NCBI RefSeq assembly: GCF_006345805.1
Contig: NC_043022.1
Coordinates: 6,076,001-6,140,000 of the forward strand
Source: Octopus sinensis
Taxonomy: Eukaryota
Reading direction: 5' to 3'
Length of the DNA stretch: 64,000 nucleotides
In this document: in pieces, positions 36,687-50,176 of the stretch
Position numbering within the stretch: the first letter of the stretch is position 1
How the letters are laid out: the number at the start of each line of letters is the position of its first letter
Position numbers and translations under genes: made by a program
Notes under the pieces: generated by a model
Seen by the model: only the letters and a program-made list of their open reading frames with translations
Database searches by the model: none
What the model was told of the DNA's origin: nothing

Positions 36687-36797
36687 TGAGAGAGAGAAAG
36701 AGTGTGAGAGAGAGATATGTATGTATTTGTGTGTCTGTGTTTGTCCCCCCACCATCACCTGACAACCAATGTTGGTGTGTTTACGTCCCCGTAACTG
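36473..36797 (+). mobile_element. SINE family A, 3'-truncated and fused to a family B fragment
   Basis: Head, linker and partial tail, then CTGGATGCTTTCCTAATACCAACC. Confidence 0.75.
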
Positions 36798-37461
36798 CAG
36801 CTGTCTGCTTTGTCATGGTTTCTACTGCTGGATGCTTTCCTAATACCAACCACTTCACAGTGTGTCCCGGGTGCCTTTTACGTGGCACAAGTGGAGTCAC
36901 CAGGTGGCATGCAAGACAAAGACCTCTTGGCTGTATCAGTTGTGCAACATCTTTAGAGATCATCCAGTGGATTTGAAGAGCTTAAAGGTCATTTGTCATC
37001 TTCCCATAATGAAATATATCTGTTAATCCCAGAAGTTAGAGAATCGTAGTTCTGAGAGAAGGAGTGAGCAGCAATTAGTGTACTTAACGAGTACAAGATT
37101 ACTCAGGATGATGTGGAAGTGAGAAACACTAAATGTGGAATGTGTGTGTGTGTGTTGGGATGAGGACCATCACCAGTTATTGGAATGTGCTGTGGCCACC
37201 ACCACTTGGCTGGTTCACCACTAACTATTTGGCCCGGGTCTTTCTTTTAGCAATTTCCCAACAATTCATCCGTTTCCTGCAGCTGTTCATGAATTAGATT
37301 AACCCTGTTGGTCTCAACAGTCTCTTGGAGGCCTGGCCATTATTAGCACAGATTATTCCACTTATACATTGTTCTTGCATCATTCCTTGCTTTCCAGCTG
37401 CACACATCTAGCTTTCCAGTTTACAAAAACAAAAAAAATATAATAAGCATCTACAACAAAT

Positions 37462-37848
37462 GGAGTGGCTGTGTGGTAAGTAGCTTGCTAACCAACCACA
37501 TGGTTCCGGGTTCAGTCCCACTGCGTGGCATCTTGGGCAAGTGTCTTCTGCTATAGCCCCGGGCCGACCAATGCCTTGTGAGTGGATTTGGTAGACGGAA
37601 ACTGAAAGAAGCCCGTCGTATATATGTGTGTGTTTGTGTGTCTGTGTTTGTCCCCCTAGCATCGCTTGACAACCGATGCTGGTGTGTTTACGTCCCCGTT
37701 ACTTAGCGGTTCGGCAAAAGAGACCGATAGAATAAGTACTGGGCTTACAAAGAATAAGTTCCGGGGTCAATTTGCTCGATTAAAGGCGGTGCTCCAGCAT
37801 GGCCGCAGTCAAATGACTGAAACAAGTAAAAGAGAAAAGAGAAAAAGA
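37462..37848 (+). mobile_element. SINE family A, young
   Basis: Near-consensus with CpGs retained. Confidence 0.92.
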
Positions 37849-37904
37849 GAGATGGACAAAGTTATTATGTAGCATACTACGATGATGACGATGATGATGA
37901 TGAG

Positions 37905-38362
37905 CCTTTCTACTATAGTCACCAGGCCTGAAATTTTGTGGGAGGAGACTAATCGATTACAATGACCCCAGTGTTTCACTGGTACTTGATTTATTGACCC
38001 TGAATGGATGAATAGCAAAGTCGACCTCGGCAGAATTTGAACTCAGAACGTAACGACAGGCGAAATGCTGCTAAGTCTTTTTCTCAGCATGCTAACAATT
38101 CTGCCAGTTCACCAATAATAATAATAATAATAAAATAATAATAATAATAATAATGGTTTCAAATTTTGGCACAAGGCCAGAAAATTGGGGTGAGTGGGTA
38201 AATCAATTGCATTGACTCCACTATTCAGTTGATACTTACTTTATTGACCCCTAAAGGATAAAAGGCAGAGTTGACCTGATAGGAATTTGAACTCACAATA
38301 TGCAGGTGGATGAAATGCTGCTAAGCATTTTTCCCAGCGTGCTAACGATTCTGCCAGCTCAC
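37905..38362 (-). mobile_element. Two adjacent family C copies separated by (AAT)n
   Basis: Both are reverse complements of the family C consensus. Confidence 0.75.
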
Positions 38363-38387
38363 CAATAATAATAATAATAGTTTATAT

Positions 38388-38556
38388 CATCATCATCATC
38401 ATCATTTAGTGTCCGCTTTCCATGCTAGCATGGGTTGGACGGTTTAACTGGGGTCTGTGAAGCCGGAAGGCTTCATCAGGCCCAGTCAGATTTGGCAGTG
38501 TTTCTACGGTTGGATGCCCTTCCTAACGCCAACCACTCCGTGAGTGTAGTGGGTGC
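38388..38556 (-). mobile_element. 5'-truncated family B copy
   Basis: (CAT)n plus family consensus. Confidence 0.82.
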
Positions 38557-38944
38557 TGAGGCCCAGGTATGTGGCTGTATTGTAAGAAGTTTGCCTTCCA
38601 ATCACACGTTTCTGGTATAGCCTCTCAGTAAATGGAAACCGAACAAGGCTCATCATATGGGTGTGTCTATGTGTGTGGCAGTGTCTTGTTCTGTTGGTCA
38701 TTTCCCGTATTCAGTGAAAAACATGTCTGGCCATGGAGAAATAGTTCTTTGCCAGGAATTGAGCGCAGGTTGGGGACGGGAAGGGCACCAGTACATAGAA
38801 AATCTACCTCAACAAATCCCTTCAGACCCGGCTTTAAAATGACAGCAGCTGCTACTGCTGCTGTGGTTGCAGCAGCACTGTGAAGATACGCTTATAGGGT
38901 CCTTGCTGGGTACTTGCTGGGTACTGTGGAAGATGTTGCTTGTA

Positions 38945-39125
38945 CAAGGCTGAGTCAAAAAGTAATGCCATTTTGTTTAGGACAGGTATAATTACCAACA
39001 CAGGAACATGTATCATGCATCAAAATGAAGCTGGTCCTCTCTGGATCACATCGCTACTTCTCAACATAAGTCACCGTTTCTCTCAATAGCAATGTTCCAC
39101 CTTCGAATGGGAGCATGTATCACCT
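38945..39125 (+). mobile_element. Mariner-like left-end fragment
   Basis: TA|CAAGGCTGAGTCAAAAAGTAATGCC start and a CTACTTCTCAACATAAGTCACCG block resembling mariner 5' ends. No right TIR found. Confidence 0.5.
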
Positions 39126-40537
39126 AGGAGATCCTGGGAATACACCAACAAATGGTGAATGGAGCAATCCACTGCAACAGCACATGCCCTCACACCTGAC
39201 CTGACATCAGCCCTCACACCTGACCTGAAAGGAATTTGAACTCACAACGTGAAGGTGGATGAAATGCTGCTATATAATGAATATTAAACATCTGTAGTAA
39301 TGATAGATAATGATAATAATAATTAAATTTATATTCTATACATAAAGAATATACATCCCATGTGGTATATATGTGGTGTGTGTATAGATTACCTGTGATT
39401 GTAGGTGCTAATTATTAGATTGCTATGGTATATGTGAGAAATGTAAGTTATCAGTTCTTCTGATAGTCGTAACCTATTTTCTTGTAAAAGGAAATGTAGG
39501 GAAGACTTGTTTCTAGATAATGTATTCTAACAGAATAGGGGGAAGTAGTTAGGGGTTAAGAAAGAACTGGTGGTACACCAAAAATAGCTACGGTTCCCAA
39601 AGCCTTATTCTTTTATTATCTATAATATCTGATATCAAAGATGTCCAACCATTCTCATATTCACTCCACCCCTCATAAGATCCCTGTTTAAAATCCAATC
39701 TTTTATCTCTTAAGATGCAAACTATTCAACATTTTTAAGATTTTTCTCTCAGAAATAATGCCACGTAAGGAATTCCTTCTTTGTTTTCTTTGATGTAAAT
39801 CTAATTTTTGCTTTGCACAACGATCTATTTATGTTGGACAAGAATTTCTAATAACACATATTCACACACGTATACATACATTCATGCACACACACACACA
39901 AACACGCACACACACATATATATACGCATGCATTCTGTGAACTTATCTCATTGCTCTTCTTGGGTGGTAAATTTGAGCTGTTGCCAAGTTTGGCACTTTC
40001 AAGTAACCCTTGGGTGCCTCTTACAGATTCTTCTGTGCTGATTGAGTCTCACCTGAACCTTATTAGGGTGCACACTCCACATCTTTTGTTTTTGGAAGAT
40101 AGTGCATCATTAAGCTTTAACATCGTCGCTTGATTGTTGGGAACCTCCAGGGGAGACCCCCACTCTCTTGTTTGCATTGAGGTCAAGTCTCCAGTTGAAG
40201 GGTCACCCCTAAGTTGTGATATACTCGGCCCCACCCCCTTTTAGCCTGCAGCATTTTCAGTAACCCTGCAATGAGCACCCATGGCAAACACTTCTTCTTC
40301 TTCTCCTCGTTGCAGTCCCTAAATAATTTTGCTTTTGTTTATTCAGTGGTTTAGAAATTTTTATATTACATTTTATATATTTATATTTACTGACTCCACT
40401 CATTGGGTCATGGCCATGCTGGTGCAACACCATCAAGCATATTTATTCTGCTACTCTATTGGAGTCTATTTGTTGAACTGCTCAGTTAGGGAATATAAAA
40501 AGACATAACACAAACACACACACACACACACACACAC

Positions 40538-40930
40538 TCTTTTACTTGTTTCAATCATGTGACTGTGGCCATGCTGGAGCACCGCCTTTAGTCGAGCAAA
40601 TCGACCCCAGGACTTACTCTTTATAAGCCCAGTACTTATTCTATCGGTCTCTTTTGCCGAACCACTAAGTTATGGGGACGTAAACACACCAGCATCGGTT
40701 GTCAAACAATGTTAGGGGACAAACACAAGTACACAAACATATACACACACATACATATATATACATATATACAACGGGCTTCTTTCAGTTTCTGTTTACC
40801 AAATCCACTCACAAGGCTTTGGTCGGCCTGAGGCTACAGCAGAAGACACTTGCCCAAGATGCCATGCAGTGGGACTAAACCCAGAACCATATGGTTCGTA
40901 AGCAAGCTACTTATCACACACCCACTCCTA
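40538..40930 (-). mobile_element. SINE family A
   Basis: Both modules are present. Confidence 0.88.
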
Positions 40931-42234
40931 GACATAATTATTTATGCCTAATTAGGATGAAGTCATTAATTAATGAGTTATCAATGGCCAGTGTACAAAA
41001 AACCATATGGCTTAAATAAATATTTAAAGAATGGGTTAAATATTTTTATAATTATATTTTTATATTTTCATAATTATACTTTAAATATTTATTTTTATAA
41101 TTATGCTATCTGTATATCATTATCGTTTAATGCCTGTTTTCCATTCTGGCATGGGTTGGGCATTTTAACAGAATCCAGCAAGCCACAGGACTACGCCAAG
41201 CTCCAGTCTCAGCTCTTTGGCATGGTTTTGTCTGGTTGGCTGCCCTTCCTGATGCCAACCACTTTACAGGGTGGACTGGGTGCATTTTTCATGACGCCAG
41301 CACCTGTGAAAGGTCATCAAGTAACTTGTAATATGGAAAAAGGACCAGGGGGGTGGGGAATAACTACACCCCATTACACACACACATACATGCATGCACA
41401 TGCACACAACACATATGTGCATGCACGCACACACACACACATTATATAAAGAACAGAAATGGGTTAAAATTTACTACAGCTGTTTCAGTAACATTTTATT
41501 GAAGCATTCATAGACCACGTCACAGCATAGATCCACCATACCCAGGTAAAATTTTAAACACATATAAACAGGCAAGGTAAGACCTCGATGATGACCTGTT
41601 CAACAATCAATATAATGAATAAATGATATTTATATAAAACAAAAAAAAAAAAATTAGATTTATAGAGGAATCAGCGAAGTATAACGGACACTCTAGGAGC
41701 AAAGGGATCAAAACAACCCTGTTATTTCATGCAGGTATCATAATTAGTTTATATCCCTGACCTGCTGCGATGTGCCTAGATTTCTAATGAACACTGTAGC
41801 TAATCTATATTCGTAGATATATGTGCACAGGCCATAGAGAAATCATATTTGATAATAGATATATCAACTGCTAATGGGAGGCCTTTGTATTTTCGAGTCA
41901 TTCACCTTCCTCTTAAACTCCATAAAACTGACTGCATTAACACAGTTTAAAGACTACCCTGTCCATCCTATGTTTCGGGTATTTCTGCTCTTCTCCACCC
42001 CTATTTCTAGTCACTCTACAACTTGCTCTATGAAACAGGTGCAAGGCTTGGCTGTGTGGTTTACGAGTTTATTTTGCAACCCGATGGTTTCGTGTTCAAT
42101 TCCACTGCATGGCACATTGTGTCACTGACTTTTACTATACAGAAGCCCATTGTGTGTATATATGATGTATGTATATATGTTATATGTATGTGTATGTATA
42201 TATCTATATGTATGCATGTATGTATGTATATATA

Positions 42235-42265
<31 letters not shown>

Positions 42266-42354
42266 GTATATATATATAATATATATACAGATGCATACAT
42301 ACACACACACACTTATATATACATATATATATATTACATATATATATATATATA

Positions 42355-42410
<56 letters not shown>

Positions 42411-43087
42411 CATATATATACATGTGTGTGGTGTATGTGTATATATGGGCGGTGTACAAAGTTAAAGCAAAACATTGTCTTTTATCTTGCTGGTCTCTGA
42501 TATATTATGACAGGTACACATCCACACATTCTCACCTATTGTTTGCAATTACAAACATTTCCAAACTAGACTCCACACAACTCTTCTTCTTCTTCTTCCT
42601 CCTCCTCGTCCTCCTCCTCTACCTGTTCTCGGTATGATGCTTCCCTGTACCATTTCACACACACACACACACACACACTTCGCCACTTCCTTGTTTTGCC
42701 AGAAAAAGGTGACTCACCATTCTTATATTGCTTTGGATAATGACATATGGTGAAAATTGGGAGGTTGAGGCGGGGGCGGGGGTTGAGTGATTTTGGTTTT
42801 TTTATTGCCAGAGGTTTTCTCTGCATGTGCATGTTGGGGGGTGGGGTGGGGTGTTGTTTTTGTTGTTGTTGTTTTTTGTATAATGAAATAAATAAATAAA
42901 TAAATAAGGGGAGTGTTGTGAGATCAATGAAAACAGTGAATGGTGTGTGTGTGTGTATGTGGATGTAACAGGTTTCAAACCACTGCTGAAGGAATTAGTC
43001 ACCTCTGCTTACACTCATTCAAGATAACATATCTCTCCACTCACCCACCCACCCACCACTCCCACCACTGCATGTATATATAAATAC

Positions 43088-43134
<47 letters not shown>

Positions 43135-43165
43135 ATGTATATATATATACAGATATAATATACAG

Positions 43166-43211
<46 letters not shown>

Positions 43212-43260
43212 TATATATATATATATACAGATATATATATACAGATATATATATATATAA

Positions 43261-43294
<34 letters not shown>

Positions 43295-43300
<6 letters not shown>

Positions 43301-43456
43301 CACATAACATACATAAATTCATACACGTCTGTGTGTTGTGCTTGTGTGGTGTTATGTATTATATATATATATATATATATATACTCACACACACACCCAC
43401 ACACTAACATACATAAATTCATACACGTCTGTGTGTGTGCTTGTGTGTATGTATAT

Positions 43457-43487
<31 letters not shown>

Positions 43488-43544
43488 ATACACACACACA
43501 CACTAACATACACGTCTGTGTGTGTGCGCGTGTGTATATATTAT

Positions 43545-43560
<16 letters not shown>
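43295..43560. repeat. About 100-bp compound tandem repeat x3
   Basis: AACATACA(TAAATTCATACA)CGTCTGTGTGT recurs near 43306, 43406 and 43505, separated by (TA)n(CA)n. Confidence 0.75.
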
Positions 43561-43575
<15 letters not shown>

Positions 43576-44739
43576 CTCATGCGTACACACATATATAAGT
43601 GCATGCTTTGAACTGTGTGAGTGTGTGTATGTATATGCACACACACACACACACACACCACACACACACCTGGTATTTTTTTTTATGTAATTACATCTTT
43701 GCAACCCACCTCTCACTCCTGTTATTTCAACTTAGCAACAAATGCAGAAGATGGATGCGTTGCTGCTGCTGCTGTGCATCAGTTGGGGCATTTCACCTGC
43801 TTATTTTGAAATATTGTTGATGCTTTAACCCCAGGTCCAAACTCTAAGACCTGATGATCAAAAGCATTCCAGCCATGACCAGCTCATCTTCTTACATAGC
43901 TATGACTACATTATCTGATCTGGCAATCCTTTTTTGTGGAAAAAGAACCCAGTACTTTTGAGGAAATTTAGCTGCTATTTCTAGTAACCACCTGAAAGCT
44001 GTTTTTGTTGCTGTTGTTGTTGTTTCTGGTGTTTGTAATGGCAGGGTTCATGTTTTATAACAATTTGATTTTCTTCAAAAAAATCGTTATTCAATTTGTT
44101 TGCTTAGAGAACCTTTTATGCATAGGGTACCACACCCGTACTTGGGTACTCTTGTGGAACAAAAGTGGATGTACTACTTGGCAGGATAGTATAAGACAGG
44201 GGTACGTGTCCTGCTGGAACAACTATAAATGAGACAAGACAACTAGGGAGAGTCCATCTGCTAAAAATAGCAGCCATGTCTCCCTCAAATCACACCGTAC
44301 CTTCTTGATAAAATGGTTTCATAGCTCTAAAGATGCAACAATACAAGATGGTCACTGCTTGGTCAGAGATGTCCTGGGGTTAAACAGTACTTCGAAATAG
44401 TAGGGTTAGGGTATGTGGTGGTAAAGCCCAGAGTAAATATTGTGGAATAGAAGTGAATTAAAAGTGTAGCAGCTGTTGATATCAGATACTCGTTAAAGGT
44501 AAATACAATCATCTTACTTCATTTAGGAACAATTAAAAACTTGAGTAAATCTCATTTATATGGATTCTAAAACAGAAGAGAAGCCATAGTAATGGAAATT
44601 GTTGCAGAAATAGTCAACAGAATTCCGTGGTTTTGTCAAATATTCTCACCTGAATATTTTCACCTGTCGTCATTGTTGGCTTTAAATCTCACATCCAAGA
44701 ATTTAGTTTCTTCTTGGCTGAATGTTTCCTTTCAGGTGA

Positions 44740-45395
44740 TGATGTTGAGGAATCTGTTCATCAATTCTTGCATAGAAGAGTCGATGGCATTAACTGCACG
44801 GTAATATAAGGCGGCGAGTTGGCAGACACGTTAGTGCGCCGGGCAAAATGCTTAGCGGTATTTCGTCTGGCGCTACGTTCTGAGTTCAAATTCCGCCGAG
44901 GTCGACTTTGCCTTTTATCCTTTCGGGGTCGATAAATTAAGTACCAGTTACGCACTGGGGTCGATGTAATCGACTTAATACCTATGTCTGTCCTTGTTTG
45001 TCCCCTCTGTGTTTAGCCCCTTGTGGGTAATAAAGAAATAGGTAATATTGGAGGAGGTCAACGTTGATTTTGTTGAGCCTTTCTCACCTGTTGTTTGGTT
45101 TCTTCCTTTTCTCTTCTGGTGGCTTTGAAGTTTTTGGTTCCGATGGTAATGGAACACCACCACCACTTGGTACTGTCTCAGGTTTGTGTTTTAAACAATT
45201 TAGACTCAATTCCAGTGGTTTTCAGTGCTTTGAGTCGGTCCTTGTGTCTTCAAAGGGGATCGACCCCCATGCTCTTTTTCTTGAAGTGAGCTCATTGAAG
45301 AAGACTTGGTATGGGAACTTTGACTCTTCCATTCTTGCATTTCTTTGCAGAGATGCACCAAAGTTGAGGTTTCTTTGCTTGTCATCCTTTCAGGT
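44740..45395 (-). pseudogene. Degenerate RTE-clade LINE ORF C-terminus, interrupted by SINE C
   Basis: Frameshifted translation ARMEESKFPYQVFFNELTSRKR…HKDRLKALKTTGIE…W…GTKNFKATR…KQQVRK and, across the SINE, PCS*CHRLFYARI. This resembles the RTE/BovB C-terminus with a C2H2-like tail. Confidence 0.68.
44808..45040 (+). mobile_element. Young full-length SINE family C with an 8-bp TSD
   Basis: AAGGCGGCGAGTTGGCAG head, GAGTTCAAATTCC B box. TSD GGTAATAT at 44800-44807 and 45041-45048. Confidence 0.92.
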
Positions 45396-45785
45396 CAATA
45401 AAAACTAATTGACTGTGATTCGATCGACTCCAGAGAAGAACTACTGTAACTGAGTTGGCCCCAGTAATTGACTGGGGTTGATGTGATTCAAGGCACAAGC
45501 CTCTACATGGTCATTTGAAATGCTAAAAATTGCAGTCAGATTTCTTCAGCTCATACGTTAAATAAAATGCCTTTCAGCAGTATTTAGTTGTGGCCCTGTG
45601 CATTCTGAGTTCAAATTCTGCCAAAGTAAACTTTGTCTTTCATCTTTCTGCACTCAGTAAAATACCAGCAGAATATTGGTGTCAATTGAATGTTCTTATG
45701 AAGCATTGTAAATGGGAATGGGAATTAAAAGACTGAGAGGGGGGGAGAGAGAGAGGTGATGAAGGCTGATCTCTGAGTTGAACTT

Positions 45786-45925
45786 TGAGAAGGGGTTCAC
45801 AGCAAGGACTGCAAAAAGGGACAAAGCACTGTGAGAAGGGGTTCACAGCAAGGACTGCAAAAAGGGACAAGGCACTGTGAGAAGGGGTTCACAGCAAGGA
45901 CTGCAAAAAGGGACAAGGCACTGTG
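45786..45925. repeat. 46-bp tandem repeat x3
   Basis: Unit TGAGAAGGGGTTCACAGCAAGGACTGCAAAAAGGGACAA(A/G)GCACTG, starting at 45786, 45832 and 45878. Confidence 0.95.
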
Positions 45926-46513
45926 TTGGAGAAGACTTGGCCGAACCGAACCATGCAGACATAGAAAATCAGATGTAAAATGATGATGATGATGACTAAG
46001 AAATATAGTTGTAATGAAAATAAGAAGTATGTCTAAATGCAGTCGGTGAAGTATTATTTTTAACTAATGATAACACCATTTGATAACGACTATAAACAAG
46101 GTAAATGCATTAAAACAAGCAAACCTCTTTCTATTTATACAAGCAGTTTTCAATGAGGACCATATGCCTTTCGCTGGTGGTTTATAAACGAAAACATCAC
46201 AGAAATTCAGTTCTCTCACCCCATGATGGGGGAGTAACTAGCAAAACAAACATTTCTATCGACAGAAATAGAGGAACGAGGCGAGAAATGCATTTTAATA
46301 AATAGATTATTACTTCTAGATTTTTGTTTATTCATTCCCCCCCCCTCTTTTTTAAAAATAATAAAATATTATTTCAATATTGAAATGAAACAGTTGGGTC
46401 GTCTCAAGGAGGCTGTTAGTGGTGGAGGTCGGTGTCGGCTGATCGTTAATACAGCTCGTAAAAGTTATGGGTTGTTGGGGGAGGGGGGCTCAATGAAGGG
46501 TCGTGCCCCTTAA

Positions 46514-46734
46514 CCTTTTTAACGTTTAAACTAGCCGTATCAAGACCCAAATATTCTTCCTGTTTTATGTTCGAACCGACCAGATCTGGCTTCTCACACC
46601 AACCCTACAATGTCATTCTAGAAATAAAGTCGCATCCTTCAAAATCTCAAAGCTGTGAAATAATCCCTGATTAATCCAAAACAATGTGGATAAATAAACA
46701 ATACTTTTGATAGAACAGCATAAATGCTAAAGGG
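46514..46734 (+). mobile_element. piggyBac-type MITE P1
   Basis: TTAA|CCTTTTTAACG…TGCTAAAGGG|TTAA. Confidence 0.82.
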
Positions 46735-47445
46735 TTAATCTTGCAATCTTCTTTCCGTGGGGGTGGGCATGGCATGATTTGTCCATTCATTTACCTCCAT
46801 TTCCTCTTTTCACTTCTTTCCTTTCTTTAACTCTTCTAACATCTTCTTTCTTTGCAAACTCCTCCCCCTCCCTCCCCTCACACCCATTTACTACCCCCCC
46901 CCGTTTTTCTTTCCTTATCCCCTTCCTTTTCTACCCTTTTCATGTCCACCCTAATTATATCCTATTTTATCTCCTCTTCCTTTCAAAGTCCATTGTTACT
47001 CTTCTTGACACCTTTTAATATCTTTAGACAGAGCCAGAAGTGTGTGCTGACTTGATCTGCTAGGAATAGCAGCCAAATCTCCATCAAGTCACATGCTGCT
47101 ATCTTAAAAGTGGAATGGATACATTGAATTATGCAGTTCTAGAGACTGCATTACCTACCACTACCACCGGCAAAAAAGACTGGTTTGTCAAGGCTGGAAT
47201 GCCTTTGAGCATAAGCTGCACTGACTCTTGTCAATCCTGGCCTGGATGTCACCAACAAGTTGAGGAGTTCTTTTCTTATCAGAATGATCAGAGTGAGTTT
47301 TCTCTGATCATTTCTCTGCCTTACCTTCGTAATCATCATTAAACTCATCCAACTCTTTCCAAATCCTCTGCACTCTTCTCAGATTGATACCCAAACTGAA
47401 AGAAGCCTGTTGTTTATGTCAGTGTGTGTGTGTGTGTGTGTGCAG

Positions 47446-47631
47446 AGGGTGTCTATAAATTACCTTTACAACTTGAAAAAAGAAAAATGAAAAATAAGGA
47501 TAACTTGGCAAAGTTTATTGGAAAACAGAAGCCAAAGAAATAAAGTTTTATTAGAAACATCAGGTGTTTCTGATGTTTCTAGATACAAAACAATATATTG
47601 TAGAAGTTGTACAGATAATTTATGAACACTC
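47446..47631. mobile_element. Old Tc1/mariner-type MITE with an internal 12-bp hairpin
   Basis: Imperfect 28-bp TIRs (AGGGTGTCTATAAATTACCTTTACAACT versus the complement of AGTTGTACAGATAATTTATGAACACTCT), with TA on the right. Hairpin TAGAAACATCAG/CTGATGTTTCTA at 47552-47581. Confidence 0.65.
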
Positions 47632-48213
47632 TATGACACATAACAATATGCCTAACACAGGCTTGGCCGCACAGAGTGACAGACAGACACACACACACAC
47701 ACACACACACGTGTATTCAGTGTAATGTGGTGTTCTCTCAGTCATTCTTCTTGAATTGGTGTAGGTATTATAATATATTCACTCAGGTGTTGTCATAATT
47801 AATCACCTGTGTACCTGTCCATCCATCTATCAACCTATCTGTCTAATCCATCTACCTGTCTACCTGTCAACTCGTTTATCTACCTCGCACACTATATTAC
47901 CTCATTGTTGCCACAGTCTGTGTGACTCACCCCGACCAGCTCTGCCTGTGTCCTCTTCTGATGGTTTTCAAGATAAACAAACAGGTTTTCAGAGGGTTTC
48001 ATCCTTGTAAACAACTGATTATTTAATCAGTTGATTGGTGTTTAATTTCAGCCTCCAAACTCTTTGACGCAACAAAATTAATCACCTCCGTTTCCTTCCT
48101 TTTTCTACAGTTTTCCAAAATTCCAATTCTTTTTCTTTCTCTCTTATAATCGTAGCTAAAACAGCACAACTGATTTTGCAGTTGTGTGTGCACATGCGAG
48201 TGTGCATGCATAC

Positions 48214-48618
48214 TCTCTTTTACTCTCTTTTACTTGTTTCAGTCATTTGACTGCGGCCATGCTGGAGCACTGCCTTTAGTCGACCAAATCGACCCCGGGA
48301 CTTATTCTTTGTAAGCCCAGTACTTATTCTATCGGTCTCTTTTGCCAAACCGCTAAGTGACGGGGACGTAAACACACCAGCATCGGTTGTCAAGCAATGC
48401 TAGGGGGACAAACACAGACACACACACTTATATATATATATATATATACATATATACGACAGGCTTCTTTCAGTTTCCGTCTACCAAATCCACTCACAAG
48501 GCATTGGTCGGCCCGGGGCTATAGCAGAAGACACTTGCCCAAGATGCCACGCAGTGGGACTGAACCCGGAACCATGTGGTTGGTTAGCAAGCTACTTACC
48601 ACACAGCCACTCCTGAGC
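48214..48618 (-). mobile_element. SINE family A, young and full length
   Basis: Near-consensus. Confidence 0.92.
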
Positions 48619-48914
48619 CTATGTGCGTGTGCGTGTTTATAAATTTATTTTCTCTGCAAGCATGGCTGTGTGGTAAGATGTTTGCTTCCCAACCACATGG
48701 TTCTGGGTTCAATCCCACTGCAAGGCACCTTGGGCAAGTGTCTTCTACTATAGCCCTGAGCCAACCAAAGACTTGCAAGTGGATTTAGTAGATGGAAACT
48801 GAAAGAAGCCCATCATATAAGCTTTTTACGTGGCACATTAGTTTTAGAATCTCAATTCTGTTGTGGTGGGCAGGTCTTCTCTATTTGAAACCAATATTGA
48901 GTGGAAAGTATAAA

Positions 48915-49543
48915 CAGTAATCCCTCGCCATATCACAGTTCACCCTATCATGGTTTATTATTCAAGCTGACCTCGATTCCTCCGAGGTGTTGTTTTGCAT
49001 TTGTAATAAAATAAAAATATACAAATTATAAAAATAAGTTTTAAAAAAATATACTATAGGCGCAGGAGTGGCTGTGTGGTAAATAGCTTGCCTACCAACC
49101 ACATGGTTCTGGGTTCAGTCCCACTGCGTGGCATCTTGGGCAAGCGTCTTCTGCTATAGCCCCGGGCCGACCAAAGCCTTGTGAGTGGATTTGGTAGACG
49201 GAAACTGAAAGAAGCCTGTCGTATATGTGTATGTATGTGTGTTTGTGTGTCTGTGTTTGTCCCCCTAGCATTGCTTGACAACCGATGCTGGTGTGTTTAC
49301 GTCCCCGTCACTTAGCGGTTCGGCAAAAGAGACCGATTGAATAAGTACTGGACTTACAAAAGAATAAGTTCCGGGGTCGATTTGCTCGACTAAAGGCGGT
49401 GCTCCAGCATGGCCACACTCAAATGACTGAAACAAGTAAAAGAGTAAAAAAGAGAGAGTACAGTACTGTTTCTACTTTGCAGATTTTCACCTATTGAGGG
49501 GGGATTTTGGAATGTAACATCCGCGATAGTCGATTGATTACTG
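48915..49543. mobile_element. pogo/Tigger-like MITE ends flanking a SINE A insertion
   Basis: Left CAGTAATCCCTCGCCATATC. Right CCGCGATAGTCGATTGATTACTG|TA. The TIRs are imperfect. Confidence 0.55.
49059..49455 (+). mobile_element. SINE family A, young and full length
   Basis: Near-consensus. Confidence 0.92.
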
Positions 49544-50176
49544 TATAGACAATATTCTGTTCCATTTGTCCATTCCTTCTCTCTGTCACTCACCTCTATT
49601 CTCCACCACTTCTCACACAATCAGGTCTTGGGCCTGTCACAATGAAATGAAATGACAAAGACACGTGTGGGATATTTGTTCTCTGTATTGTTTTCTTTTA
49701 CAATTCAAATTATTGTTTTATGCTTTCACCTGGAGTTTATTACAGGTGGTGGGTACATTAATCCAGTTTATGTACTAAGGTTACTTATGTATCAGTCAAT
49801 CCTTTCACAAAGCAACTGGGGCCCTGTTTAATTTGCTTCTGTAGTATTTGTACTGATTGTAGCCCCTATATTGCTTTTACTGTTTAACCCCTATGAAACC
49901 GTGAAATATAGTCCCTTATTTATTTCACTGGAATCACTTGTGAATCTACATGCTATATTCTTGTTATGGTGCAAAATGAGGAGCTAAACAATCTAATTCT
50001 GAAATTTGGTAGGCAAAGTGCTAATCAATTTGACGAATAATGAAGAATTTGGAGGGATTTTGTTACATAACATTTTCATTGTAAAGTTTAACTCCACCAG
50101 AGTCAACTTTGCCATTCTTCCATTTTGCTTCCATAGAATAAAGTGTCAGTCTTATACTGCAGCTCTGTTTTTGGAA

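Noticed and set aside
39930-40310. Possible RTE 5' region/APE start on the minus strand
   Set aside because: There is only a vague resemblance with multiple stops, and no motif can be supported.
35011-42851. G-quadruplex motifs at 35011-35027 and 42836-42851
   Set aside because: Neither gives four separate G3 tracts with loops; at best these are marginal two-tier structures.
44401-44412. Interstitial telomeric repeat (TAGGGTTAGGG; also near 14820)
   Set aside because: Only about two units, which is chance level.
44808-44895. tRNA genes at SINE heads
   Set aside because: A/B boxes are present, but I could not fold a convincing acceptor stem or cloverleaf, and each head runs straight into SINE body.
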